Assembly: GCA_021323865.1 (NCBI GenBank)
Contig: JAJPKF010000020.1
Span: 257,673 to 321,672 of the forward strand
DNA: 64,000 bases
DNA from: Pseudomonadota bacterium
GTDB lineage: Bacteria > Chloroflexota > UBA5177 > JAJPKF01
Direction: 5' to 3'
How positions within the stretch are numbered: position 1 is the stretch's first letter; each line of letters starts with the position of its first letter. Positions 46,543 through 55,924 of the stretch are shown here, one piece after another. The notes beneath the pieces were generated by a model. The model saw only the letters and a program-made list of their open reading frames with translations. It was not told where the DNA came from and did no database searches. The position numbers and the translations under genes were made by a program.

Positions 46543-46977
46543 ATGTCGGAAGAGCAGAACGAGAAGGTCGTCAGGACGTGGCTGGAAGAGGCATGGAACA
46601 AGGGAAACATCGACGGGCAGGCTCGAATTCTTTCACCCTCTTACTCGTGGGACGGTCTGCCGCCGCCCTTCGGGACCGGTCCCCAGGGTTTGCTGAACTT
46701 CGTTCACGGCTTCCGGAGCGCCTTCCCTGATCTCCAATTCACCATGCAGGATCTGATCGCCAAGGGCGACAAGGTCGTCTGGCGGATCGAGGGGGGCGGA
46801 ACGCAGCGGGGTGAGTTCTTGGGTATCCCGGCGACCGGCCGGTCGTTCAAGGTCTCCGCGATCATCATTAGCCGCTTCGAGTACGGTCTGTGGCGCGAGG
46901 ATCACGTCTGTTGGGACCGACTGGGCATGCTGGAGCAGCTGGGTGTGATTCCGACGGCCGAGGGCACGGCAGCGTAA
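46543..46977 (+). CDS. SnoaL-like/NTF2-fold (ester-cyclase-like) protein
   Basis: EEQNEKVVRTWLEEAWNKGNIDG...RSAFPDLQFTMQDLIAKGDKVVWRIEGGGTQRGEFLGIPATGRSF. Confidence 0.65.
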   Translation: MSEEQNEKVVRTWLEEAWNKGNIDGQARILSPSYSWDGLPPPFGTGPQGLLNFVHGFRSAFPDLQFTMQDLIAKGDKVVWRIEGGGTQRGEFLGIPATGRSFKVSAIIISRFEYGLWREDHVCWDRLGMLEQLGVIPTAEGTAA

Positions 46978-47136
46978 CTGACGCGAGCTGGGTGAGCGGC
47001 CGTCCCGGTCTGCAGGACCCCGAAGCATGTCAGGGTGGTGAGATTCCATCGGGTCAGCAGCGGGTCGTCCTTGATCGCTCGCGATGGCTCAGGTTTCGCG
47101 GGCACCGGTGTCCGCGAGCCTGAGCCATTACTGCAT

Positions 47137-48099
47137 CTACCCGGGCTTGCGGCCAATCAATGCCACATATGCGTCGTCAGGCATCGGAGGTCGGTCCGTA
47201 TTCCCCTTAACGATCTCGATGTCTGTAAATCTGGCCAGCTCCAGCAGGAGGGCCAGCTCGTTCTTGAAGTACTCGTTCTCGGTGAGGTGGTGGTGTTCTT
47301 CCTGGACGACCGCTCCATCCCGATACAGACGTGCTTCTATTTCGAGGGTGATGCGCTGGTCCAGCGGATCTATGGCGGCGAGCCGCGCCCGCAGGTTCAG
47401 CTGTTCACCGTTCGCGGCCGTCTTTGGCTCTCCCCAGTCGGGATAGGGTCGAGGAAGCTGCTCTCGCTGCTGGGCCGGGTAGGCGTTCCACCAGCCAATG
47501 TTCATGTACGGCAGACACAGGTCGATGACGAGGGCTCCGCCGGGCTTGAGGTGACGGTACGCACGTCGAAGGGACTCCCGATCCTGCTCTCGGGTTGAGC
47601 CCAATCCAAACGCTCCGCATATAAGGATGGTGCGGTAGCGACGCGGCGTGTTCAGCTCGTGCATTGGTTGGACGTGCAGTCTACCGGTGGGAAGATGCCG
47701 GTTCAGAAGCTCGCGCCGGGAGAACTCGATCATGTCCGGCGAGACGTCGCAGCCGTCGACATCCAGCCCTTCGCCGCGGAGCGGGATGAGAAGCCTTCCC
47801 GACCCACATCCGAGGTCAAGAGCCGGCTCACCGAACCTCCGGACGGCCGAGCGCCAGAACCCGAGCTCCTCCGGTTCGGCACGGTTGAATTCGGCCCACC
47901 ATCTCGCAATGAGTCCGTAATGCCAAGTGGCAGGCTGCAGCGGGAGGGCCACTGCTCTCCTTCCCAACTGCTGGGGATTGGTCCGAGTTCTGGTCGTCAA
48001 GATAGTCCCCCCTGAATCCTCCGGCGCACTCGCGCCCCTCAGACGCCCTAGGGGCTCTATCCCGGGATAATCCGGCAGCCGGCCGAATGTATCCGGCAA
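47137..48099 (-). CDS. Class I SAM-dependent methyltransferase
   Basis: ALDLGCGSGRLLIPL (motif I), DVDGCDVSPDMIEFSR, LKPGGALVIDL. Confidence 0.75.
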   Translation of the reverse strand: MPDTFGRLPDYPGIEPLGRLRGASAPEDSGGTILTTRTRTNPQQLGRRAVALPLQPATWHYGLIARWWAEFNRAEPEELGFWRSAVRRFGEPALDLGCGSGRLLIPLRGEGLDVDGCDVSPDMIEFSRRELLNRHLPTGRLHVQPMHELNTPRRYRTILICGAFGLGSTREQDRESLRRAYRHLKPGGALVIDLCLPYMNIGWWNAYPAQQREQLPRPYPDWGEPKTAANGEQLNLRARLAAIDPLDQRITLEIEARLYRDGAVVQEEHHHLTENEYFKNELALLLELARFTDIEIVKGNTDRPPMPDDAYVALIGRKPG

Positions 48100-48117
48100 C
48101 TCGACCGCCCGCAGTGT

Positions 48118-48582
48118 CTAGGCAGCTTCCAAAGCCGCGATGTCGAGTTTCACCATGCCCATCATGGCTTTCATGCGGCGTTCGGCCCGGGCCGGGTCGG
48201 GAGGGCTCAGCAGCTCTCCAATGTTCTCGGGAACGATCTGCCACGAAAGGCCGAATCGATCCGTCAGCCAACCGCAGGCCACTTCGGTTCCCCCTTCCGC
48301 GGTCAGCTTGTCCCAGTAGTAGTCGATCTCCGCCTGGTCCTTACAGGCGACAGTGAAGGAAAAGGCGGGGGTCAGCTTCTGCTCGGGACCTCCATTGAAG
48401 AGCTGAATTTTCTGTCCTTCGATCTCCACTCGGGCCATCAGGACGCTCCCCTCCGGAAATGGCGCGCCGGGCCCCCAACGATCGACGCCGAGCGACCGTG
48501 CATTCTTGAAGACCGAGAGGTAGAGATTCATCGCCTCCTCGGCCTGGTTCTCAAACCACAGAAACGGCGTGACGGTAGGCAT
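48118..48582 (-). CDS. VOC-superfamily protein of the PhnB/3-demethylubiquinone-9 methyltransferase-like type
   Basis: MPTVTPFLWFENQAEEAMNLYLSVFKNA...QKIQLFNGGP...DRFGLSWQIV. Confidence 0.65.
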   Translation of the reverse strand: MPTVTPFLWFENQAEEAMNLYLSVFKNARSLGVDRWGPGAPFPEGSVLMARVEIEGQKIQLFNGGPEQKLTPAFSFTVACKDQAEIDYYWDKLTAEGGTEVACGWLTDRFGLSWQIVPENIGELLSPPDPARAERRMKAMMGMVKLDIAALEAA

Positions 48583-48853
48583 GACAGGCTCCTTCAGATT
48601 GATTCCCAGATTGTAGTCCTCAGGGCAGGCCCGACCTCGGCGACCTCATGCTCTCGTCTCTGTTCGGACAGTGTCCGCCTCGGCCGTATTCGCGGCATTT
48701 CCGCGGGCGTGTTTCGGCTGATTCGAGGGCCAGACTCCGGATGGGACAGGGGAAGGGATAGAGCCAAACGGTGGCGGCACAAGGTGTCATCCAGCGGTCG
48801 CAACATCGGCAGTCTACAATCCACTAATCCGCAGCCATGCTCGAGGTTCCCCC

Positions 48854-49336
48854 ATGCCGGATCCATCGGTCACTCATGTCACCTTTACGTTCGACCGGCT
48901 CTGCCAGGCTCGGGTGGAGCGGGTCTTTCAAGCCTTTGCCGACCCGCGACAGAAGACCCGCTGGCAGGACTCGCCGGAGGTTGAGCCGGCCGAGCCCGAC
49001 GCCGGAGACGACTACCTGGAGTTCGACTTCCGGGTCGGGGGCCACGAGCGCTTCGCCTTCAAGGTCGACGATGTGACCTACGAATATGACGCACAGTACT
49101 TCGACATTGTTCCCGACCGGAGGCTCGTGTACCGCTACGCGATGGCGGCCAACGGGCGGCCCGACTCGATGTCAATCGTCACGGTGGTCCTAACGCCGCA
49201 AGGGGAAAGGACGGCACTGAGCTACACCGAGCAGGGTACGTTCCTGGATGGGATCGACGACCCAGCCATCCGCGAGGCCGGGATCTCGGAGCTCCTCGAC
49301 AATCTGGTCACGTTTGTCTCGCTGCCGGTTCGCTAG
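48854..49336 (+). CDS. SRPBCC/AHSA1 (activator of Hsp90 ATPase homolog)-like protein
   Basis: VTFTFDRLCQARVERVFQAFADPRQKTRWQ...EFDFRVGGHERF. Confidence 0.6.
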   Translation: MPDPSVTHVTFTFDRLCQARVERVFQAFADPRQKTRWQDSPEVEPAEPDAGDDYLEFDFRVGGHERFAFKVDDVTYEYDAQYFDIVPDRRLVYRYAMAANGRPDSMSIVTVVLTPQGERTALSYTEQGTFLDGIDDPAIREAGISELLDNLVTFVSLPVR

Positions 49337-49574
49337 CTCCGAGCATGCCCTCCAGCGCAGAAGCGTGCCGAGGGCCATGGCAGGTGCTCGCACCGCAACT
49401 TTCACCGAAAGTTCAACAGGAAATCAGACTTTCGCAACCTTTGATTCTTATGACTGAAGATATGGCCTGGGTAGTGCCCAGACGACCCCAGGCAACAGAA
49501 CCCTGATTCGCGGGTGCGGCGGAGCCCAGTAGAGGCTCGCCGCGAGAAGCTCGGCGGACGGAGGAGCACCGAGC

Positions 49575-50324
49575 ATGCCCCTACTCCAGCGGACGGTCAT
49601 CGAAGCGGCCCCCACGGAGACAGAGGCGCCCTCGCGGCCGGAAGGCCGCGGCAAGTTCCTGTTCCAGGGGGCCGAGAAGCTCTACGTGCGCGGGGTAACG
49701 TACGGGACCTTTGCGCCGGGTCCGGACGGCTGCGATTATCCCGAACCCGCGACCGTTAAGAGCGACTTCCAAACCATGGCCGCCCGGGGCATCAATGCGG
49801 TGCGCACCTACACGGTCCCGCCTCGGTGGCTGCTCGACCTTGCGGAGCAGCAGGGGCTGCTCGTCATGGTCGGCATTCCCTGGGAACAACACGTCGCGTT
49901 TCTCGACGACCCGGCCATGGTGCGCCGAATCAGGGATCGGGTCCGCAGCGGTGTGGCGGCATGCGCAGGCCATCCAGCCGTACTTTGCTATGCCATCGGG
50001 AACGAGATCCCTGCCTCGATCGTGCGGTGGCACGGCCGGCGAAACATCGAGCGGTTCCTCAGGACCTTGTACCAAGTGGCGAAGAGCCAGGACCCCGATG
50101 CGCTGGTCACCTATGTCAACTTTCCCTCGACCGAATACCTACAGCTTCCCTTTCTCGATCTGGTCTGCTTCAATGTCTACCTGGAGTCCGACGAGGCCTT
50201 CGACGCCTATCTGCCTCGACTCAGCAATCTGGCCGGAAACAGACCCCTGCTCATGACCGAGATCGGGTTGGACAGCTCCCGTCATGGAGAGACCCGGCAA
50301 GCCCAGTTCTGGAATCCCAAGTGA
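49575..50324 (+). CDS. Cytoplasmic clan GH-A (TIM-barrel) glycoside-hydrolase-like protein
   Basis: FLFQGAEKLYVRGVTYGTFAP...GINAVRTY...YAIGNEIP (NEP-like acid/base)...PLLMTEIGLDS (TE nucleophile-like). No signal peptide. Stop TGA overlaps the GTG of the next gene. Confidence 0.65.
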   Translation: MPLLQRTVIEAAPTETEAPSRPEGRGKFLFQGAEKLYVRGVTYGTFAPGPDGCDYPEPATVKSDFQTMAARGINAVRTYTVPPRWLLDLAEQQGLLVMVGIPWEQHVAFLDDPAMVRRIRDRVRSGVAACAGHPAVLCYAIGNEIPASIVRWHGRRNIERFLRTLYQVAKSQDPDALVTYVNFPSTEYLQLPFLDLVCFNVYLESDEAFDAYLPRLSNLAGNRPLLMTEIGLDSSRHGETRQAQFWNPK

Positions 50325-52102
50325 GACGGGTCTTCGCCGCGGGTTTCGCCGGCGCTTTTGTCTTCTCCTGGACGGACGAGTGGTATCGGGGCGGAGCAGA
50401 AATCATGGACTGGGACTTCGGGTTGACAACCCGGAGGCGCAAGCCCAAGCCGGCCCTGACTGCGGTTTCTGCCTCCTTCGGACACATCCCCTTTCCCCCC
50501 GATGTCGCTTGGCCACGGATCTCGGTGGTCGTGTGCACCCACAACGGCTCACGGACGATTGGGGATTGTTGCGAGGGCCTGCTGCAGCTCGACTATCCAG
50601 AGTTCGAGGTCATCGTGGTTGACGACGGCTCAACCGACGGCGCTGCCGAGATCGTGGAGAGCTACGGGTTCCATGCGTTCAGAACCAGCAATCGCGGCCT
50701 GAGCGCAGCACGCAATACCGGCCTGCAGCTGGCAACCGGGGAGATCGTGGCCTATCTCGACGACGACGCGCGACCTGACCCCCAATGGCTTCGGTACCTG
50801 GCCTACAGCTTCATGACCTCGAATCACGCAGCCATCGGAGGTCCGAACATCGCGCCGTCCAGTGATGGTCCCATCGCACAGTGCGTGGCCAACGCTCCGG
50901 GCGGTCCGATTCACGTCCTTCTGACCGACCAAACCGCCGAGCACATACCCGGATGCAACTTTGCGGTTCGATCGTCATGTTTGCGGCAGCTACAGGGCTT
51001 CGATCGACGCTTCCGCGTCGCCGGTGACGACGTCGACATGTGCTGGCGGATCCAGGATGCCGGTTGGACCATCGGCTACAGTCCGGGTGCGATGGTTTGG
51101 CATCACCGCAGAAACTCCATCAAGGCCTACTGGAAGCAGCAGGTCGGCTATGGTCGGGCCGAAGCGCTGCTGGAAAGCAAATGGCCGGAACGGTACAACA
51201 CCTTCGGCCATGTGAGCTGGAAGGGCAGAATCTACGGCGCCGGTCCCACGCGCGCACTGCCTTCATTTCGTGCCCGAGTGTACGGAGGAGTGTGGGGGAC
51301 GGCGCCATTTCAGTCCATTTACGAACGGGTACCCGGCGGCCTGGGATCATTGCCCCTGATGCCGGAGTGGAATCTTCTGACGGTGTTCCTGGGCGGCTTG
51401 GGGCTGCTGGGTTTCCTCTGGCGGCCGCTGCTCGCGGTGCTGCCGTTGTTCGGGCTCGCCATCGGTATTCAGCTGCTGCAGTCGCTGCTGAGCGCCTCTC
51501 GGGCGTCGTTTCCGGCTACCGCCGGCCGCAGCAGGGGCGGCATGATCGCAATCACCACACTGCTCCATGTGCTGCAGCCGATGGCGAGGCTTTGGGGCAG
51601 ACTCCGCTACGGATTGACGCTATGGCGCCTCGGCTCGCGGGCGACACGGCACATATCTCCCGCGCTGCCCAGGCCGCGTCGGATCGACATATGGCGCGAG
51701 ACCTGGGAAGCGCCCGAGACGATGCTGACCAGCCTGGACTCCTGGGTCAGACGCCACGGCCTTCCCACCCGGTCAGGCGGTGGGTTTGACCGCTGGGACA
51801 TGCAGGTGTGCGCCGGCATCCTTGGCTGTGCCCGGCTGAGGATGGCCGTCGAGGAGCACGGTCAAGGCGCGCAGCTGTTCCGGTTTCGGGCCTGGCCCAT
51901 TCCCTCGGTCACGGGTCTGACGCTCATGGGAGTGCTCCTGTTCCTCTGCGCGGCAGCGGCGGTATCCGGCTCGGTGGTGGCGTCAGTCTGCCTGGCTGTC
52001 GTGCTGGCGTTTTTCCTCTTTCACATGGTTAGAGACCTGTCCTGCAGCATTGGATCGGTGCTTGCCGCGTTACACTCCGCCGCAGACCCCGAGCGGCGGT
52101 AG
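50321..52102 (+). CDS. Family-2 glycosyltransferase with C-terminal multi-helix membrane domain (GTG start in GTGA overlap)
   Basis: ISVVVCTHNGSRTIGDCCEGLLQLDYPEFEVIVVDDGSTDG...RGLSAARNTGLQLATGEIVAYLDDDARPD...GGPNI...CNFAVRSSCLRQLQGFDRRFRVAGDDVDMCWR gives the GT2 DxD/DDD plus a QxxRW-like region. Then four or more hydrophobic helices (LTVFLGGLGLLGFLW..., LTLMGVLLFLCAAAAVSG...). Confidence 0.75.
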   Translation: MRRVFAAGFAGAFVFSWTDEWYRGGAEIMDWDFGLTTRRRKPKPALTAVSASFGHIPFPPDVAWPRISVVVCTHNGSRTIGDCCEGLLQLDYPEFEVIVVDDGSTDGAAEIVESYGFHAFRTSNRGLSAARNTGLQLATGEIVAYLDDDARPDPQWLRYLAYSFMTSNHAAIGGPNIAPSSDGPIAQCVANAPGGPIHVLLTDQTAEHIPGCNFAVRSSCLRQLQGFDRRFRVAGDDVDMCWRIQDAGWTIGYSPGAMVWHHRRNSIKAYWKQQVGYGRAEALLESKWPERYNTFGHVSWKGRIYGAGPTRALPSFRARVYGGVWGTAPFQSIYERVPGGLGSLPLMPEWNLLTVFLGGLGLLGFLWRPLLAVLPLFGLAIGIQLLQSLLSASRASFPATAGRSRGGMIAITTLLHVLQPMARLWGRLRYGLTLWRLGSRATRHISPALPRPRRIDIWRETWEAPETMLTSLDSWVRRHGLPTRSGGGFDRWDMQVCAGILGCARLRMAVEEHGQGAQLFRFRAWPIPSVTGLTLMGVLLFLCAAAAVSGSVVASVCLAVVLAFFLFHMVRDLSCSIGSVLAALHSAADPERR

Positions 52103-52105
52103 CTC

Positions 52106-53866
52106 GTGAGCAACTACAGCGACTCTCTCCTCTATCGACGGTTGGCACGGCAGGCCCGGCCTTACTGGCCGCACATCGGGGGTCTGTTTCTGCTGAGCCT
52201 GCTGGCCACACCCATCGCGCTGCTGACTCCGCTGCCGCTCAAGATCGCGGTGGACAACATCGTCGGCCATCATCCCTTGCCGGGCTTCATCGCCTGGCTC
52301 ATCCCATCGGCCGTCGCGAGGTCTCACCTATCCGTGCTCGCATTGGCGGCGGTGATCTTCGTCGTGGTGGCCTTCCTCAATCAGCTCCAGCAATTGGCGA
52401 CCACCGCATTGAGCACCTATGCCGGCGAGAAGATGGTCCTCAGCTTTCGGGAGCAGCTCTTTCGCCAAGCCCAGCGCTTGTCACTGGCATATCACGACAT
52501 GAAGGGCACCACCGATTCCGTCTACCGCATACAGTACGACGCTCCCTCGATCCAGTGGATCGGCATTTACGGCGTCATCCCCTTCGTGTCCGCGCTCTTC
52601 ACGCTGGTGGGCATGTTTGTGGTGACCGTCCAGATCGACTGGGTCCTGGCCGTGGTGGCGATGACCGTATCTCCGGCGCTCTTCCTGGTGGCGCGTTCCT
52701 ACCGCCGGCGCCTCCGGGATCGCTGGCGCAACGTCAAGGACCTGGAGAGTTCTGCGATGTCGGTGGTGCACGAAGGGCTCTCGGCGATACGGGTGATCAA
52801 GGCCTTCGGGCAGGAAGACCGAGAGCAAAAGCGGTTCATCGAGCGTTCCGGCGCCGGCATGTGGGCCCGAATCCGGGTGACCATCATCGCCGGGTGGTTC
52901 GATCTGGCGATCTCCATGATTACCGCCCTGGGCACGGCGGCCGTTCTCTTTATCGGTATGCTTCACGTCGAGGCGCACATCATCACCGTCGGACTGCTGC
53001 TGCTGATCATGGGCTATCTGGTCGAGCTCTACGCACCGCTGCAGACGGTCAGCCAAAGCTTCGCCATGCTGCAGTCCTCCCTCGCGAGCGCGGAGCGAGC
53101 CTTCACCCTACTCGACCAAGCTCCCGATGTCGTGGAGAAGCCCCATGCGCGGCCGTTGATGCGGGCGCTGGGGGACATCAGCTTCGATGATGTTTGGTTC
53201 CGCTACGGCGAGGAACGCCCGGTTCTCAGCGCGGTGTCGTTTCACGTGGCGCCCGGAACCAAGGTGGGAATCGCGGGCGCGACCGGGGCCGGTAAGACCA
53301 CGCTGGTCAGCCTGCTCACCCGCTTCTATGACCCTACCCAGGGCTCGATCATGCTCGACGGCATTGATCTCCGTGATTACAAGCTCGCCGATCTCCGCAA
53401 TCAATTCGCCATCGTGCTCCAGGATCCAGTGCTCTTTTCGACCACCATCGCCGAGAACATCGCCTATGGGCGGCCCGATGCCCGGCCGGAGGAGATCATG
53501 GAGGCCGCACGGATGGCCAACATTCATGACTTCATCAGCAGTCTGCCGGAGGGCTACGAGACGCAGGTTGGAGAGCGCGGCATGCGCATGTCGGGCGGCG
53601 AACGTCAGCGCATATCGCTGGCCAGAGCGTTCCTCAAGGATGCGCCTATCCTGATCCTGGACGAGCCGACGAGCTCAGTGGATCTGCGAACCGAGGCTGC
53701 CATCATGGCAGACATGGAACGCTTGATGGAGGGCAAGACGGCGTTTCTCATCGCTCACCGGCTCTCAACCCTTTCGTCGTGTGACCTGCGCCTCGAAATC
53801 GACTCCGGGCAGCTCCGGTCTCAGAAGAGGGAAGTGACGCCCGATTCAGTGACCGTCGCGAGCTGA
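52106..53866 (+). CDS. ABC exporter, fused permease/ATP-binding (MsbA/lipid-or-glycan-flippase-like)
   Basis: Six-helix TMD. Walker A GATGAGKTT, signature MSGGERQRISLARAF, Walker B LILDEPTSSVD, H-loop AHRL. Confidence 0.85.
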   Translation: MSNYSDSLLYRRLARQARPYWPHIGGLFLLSLLATPIALLTPLPLKIAVDNIVGHHPLPGFIAWLIPSAVARSHLSVLALAAVIFVVVAFLNQLQQLATTALSTYAGEKMVLSFREQLFRQAQRLSLAYHDMKGTTDSVYRIQYDAPSIQWIGIYGVIPFVSALFTLVGMFVVTVQIDWVLAVVAMTVSPALFLVARSYRRRLRDRWRNVKDLESSAMSVVHEGLSAIRVIKAFGQEDREQKRFIERSGAGMWARIRVTIIAGWFDLAISMITALGTAAVLFIGMLHVEAHIITVGLLLLIMGYLVELYAPLQTVSQSFAMLQSSLASAERAFTLLDQAPDVVEKPHARPLMRALGDISFDDVWFRYGEERPVLSAVSFHVAPGTKVGIAGATGAGKTTLVSLLTRFYDPTQGSIMLDGIDLRDYKLADLRNQFAIVLQDPVLFSTTIAENIAYGRPDARPEEIMEAARMANIHDFISSLPEGYETQVGERGMRMSGGERQRISLARAFLKDAPILILDEPTSSVDLRTEAAIMADMERLMEGKTAFLIAHRLSTLSSCDLRLEIDSGQLRSQKREVTPDSVTVAS

Positions 53867-53870
53867 CGAA

Positions 53871-54884
53871 GTGCTTGCGCAAGAGGAGCTGTCGACTGCT
53901 GCCGCCCGGAGCGAGACACCTTCCGATCTGCCTACCGACGACGAACTTCTCTTCGGCCTAGCCATCGCTCTGTCGGAGACAGGGTCGAAGCCTCGGAAGC
54001 TGGAGCTGGTGGACCGAAGGCCCAATCCCGAAGCCTCCACCTTTGCCAGTGAGCGCATCACCTGCCGCGTCGACGGCACCGAGCTCCGTCTCTTCTGCAA
54101 GTACGCGGTGAGCCGGGTGGGAGAACCGGACCCGGCAGCGGGCCTCGCCTACGAGATCGCGGTCTACCGCTCGATCCTTGGCCATCTCAACCTCGCAACC
54201 CCGCGCTATTACGGATCGGTTGATCAGGGCGTCCCCTCGGCGCCCTGGCTGGTCGTGGAGTCGATCGAGGCTGCCCAATCGATTGACGTCATGGAGGGGA
54301 CGGAGGCGGTTTGCGCGGCCGCAAAGTGGATCGGAAACTTCCACCGCCTCATGGAATCATCCGGGAGCCGCTTCGACACCGGCTTTCTCAGTCAGTTCGC
54401 CGAGGCCGACTGCGTCGCGCCGCCGGAGTGGCTGGATCGTCTCAAACAGCTCCCTCGGGGGGCTGAGCCGGTTTGGTGGTACCGGCTGGTTCGGTATTTT
54501 CTGAGGCTGGCGCCGATCCTGGCGGAGGACGCGACGGTCATTCACGGCGACTATTACGGACCGAACGTGCTGTTCCAACAGGGCCAGGTACGTCCGCTTG
54601 ACTGGCATACGGCAAGGTCCGGTCCCGGCGTCATCGACCTGGCGATGCTGCTCGAGGCTCGCCCGAGCTCTCAAGTCGAACCGATCGTGTCGGCCTATCG
54701 TCTGGCCCGGTGGGGTGCAAACCCGCCGGCTGACCTCTTAGACAGATTGACTGCCGCTCGACTGTGGCTGCACTTCAGAACCGTCGGCGTTGTCTGGGTC
54801 CCCGGCCGCGGCAGGAAGTGGCGACTTGAGTCCCTGCGGGAGGAGGCACGCGAGTTGGGGTTTCTCCGTTCCTCGAATGGTTGA
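53871..54884 (+). CDS. Aminoglycoside-phosphotransferase (APH)/choline-kinase-fold phosphotransferase
   Basis: Brenner-type catalytic loop VIHGDYYGPNVLF and DWHTARSGPGVIDLAMLLE (DxxxxG). N-terminus LFCKYAV. Confidence 0.7.
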   Translation: MLAQEELSTAAARSETPSDLPTDDELLFGLAIALSETGSKPRKLELVDRRPNPEASTFASERITCRVDGTELRLFCKYAVSRVGEPDPAAGLAYEIAVYRSILGHLNLATPRYYGSVDQGVPSAPWLVVESIEAAQSIDVMEGTEAVCAAAKWIGNFHRLMESSGSRFDTGFLSQFAEADCVAPPEWLDRLKQLPRGAEPVWWYRLVRYFLRLAPILAEDATVIHGDYYGPNVLFQQGQVRPLDWHTARSGPGVIDLAMLLEARPSSQVEPIVSAYRLARWGANPPADLLDRLTAARLWLHFRTVGVVWVPGRGRKWRLESLREEARELGFLRSSNG

Positions 54885-55923
54885 GGCCAGCGCAGGTGCC
54901 GCTGGGGATCGAGGGGTGGCTGTTGCCGGGCACTCGAACTTGCGCCCGCCCTACCCGGCCGACTCAGCGCTGCGTGAAGGGCTCGAAGGTATTTTCCGGC
55001 GGGCCCGGCCCCATGCGCGACTGGAGATCGTGTCGAGGCAGCTAAATCCATTCACCAGCACCTTTGCCTCGGAGAAAGTGGTGTGTCGGGTCGACGGCGA
55101 GGTGGTTCGCCTGTTTTGCAAATACGGCACCGGCCGTAATGCCGCCGAGCAAGGGGCGGATCCCAAGCTGCTGGGCTACGAAACCGAGATATACCGCTCG
55201 GTGCTTCCGACACTACAAGTCTCGACTCCACTTTTTCATGGGGCTATCCTCTCGGGACTGCCGCATTCGCCCTGGCTTTTCATCGAGGATCTTGACGGCG
55301 CCACCCAGCTCGACAAGTCGCCAACGCTCGATGTCTATCTGCGGGCCGCGGCCTGGATCGCCCGGTTCCACGACGAATCTCGAGCGCTTCTCGATGACCC
55401 CCGAGCGCGCTTCATTCGCCGTTTCGTCCTCGACGACTATCTGGCTCCGATCGAGCCCATCGGATCCATGGATCTCTTCGGAGCCGAGGGCGACTGGCTG
55501 GGTGAGGTCATCGAGCGCTACTGCGATCTGGCGCCCATCCTCACCGACGATCCCGTGCTCACCCATGGCGAGTACTATCCGCAAAACATTCTGGTTCGGG
55601 GAGACCGGATCGCTCCGGTTGACTGGCAGGGTGCAAGGATCGGAGCGGCCGAGGTCGACCTGGCCATGCTCACGGACGCCTGGTCAAATCGACAGACCGC
55701 CCGGATGGTACAGCACTACCGCAGTGCGAGCCGGCAGAAGATGAGCGATGAATCATTCGAGCGCCGCTTCCTGGCCGCCCGGATCTACGTTCAGCTTTAC
55801 TGGCTCACGACCGAGCCGGGCCGGGTGCGCTTTCTTCGATCTGAAGCACGGCACCTCGGGGTGAAGGTGCCGAAGGCGCCACCTCGGCCAACCCGGCAGG
55901 GGCCGGGCAGGCCCGCGAGCTGA
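54877..55923 (+). CDS. Second APH-fold phosphotransferase, paralog of the upstream gene (ATG 54877 overlaps the upstream stop; ORF-track start 54790 is too early)
   Basis: LTHGEYYPQNILV and DWQGARIGAAEVDLAMLTD. Shares TFASE(R/K)(I/V)(T/V)CRVDG..(L/V)RLFCKY with its neighbour. Confidence 0.7.
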   Translation: MVEASAGAAGDRGVAVAGHSNLRPPYPADSALREGLEGIFRRARPHARLEIVSRQLNPFTSTFASEKVVCRVDGEVVRLFCKYGTGRNAAEQGADPKLLGYETEIYRSVLPTLQVSTPLFHGAILSGLPHSPWLFIEDLDGATQLDKSPTLDVYLRAAAWIARFHDESRALLDDPRARFIRRFVLDDYLAPIEPIGSMDLFGAEGDWLGEVIERYCDLAPILTDDPVLTHGEYYPQNILVRGDRIAPVDWQGARIGAAEVDLAMLTDAWSNRQTARMVQHYRSASRQKMSDESFERRFLAARIYVQLYWLTTEPGRVRFLRSEARHLGVKVPKAPPRPTRQGPGRPAS

Positions 55924-55924
55924 A

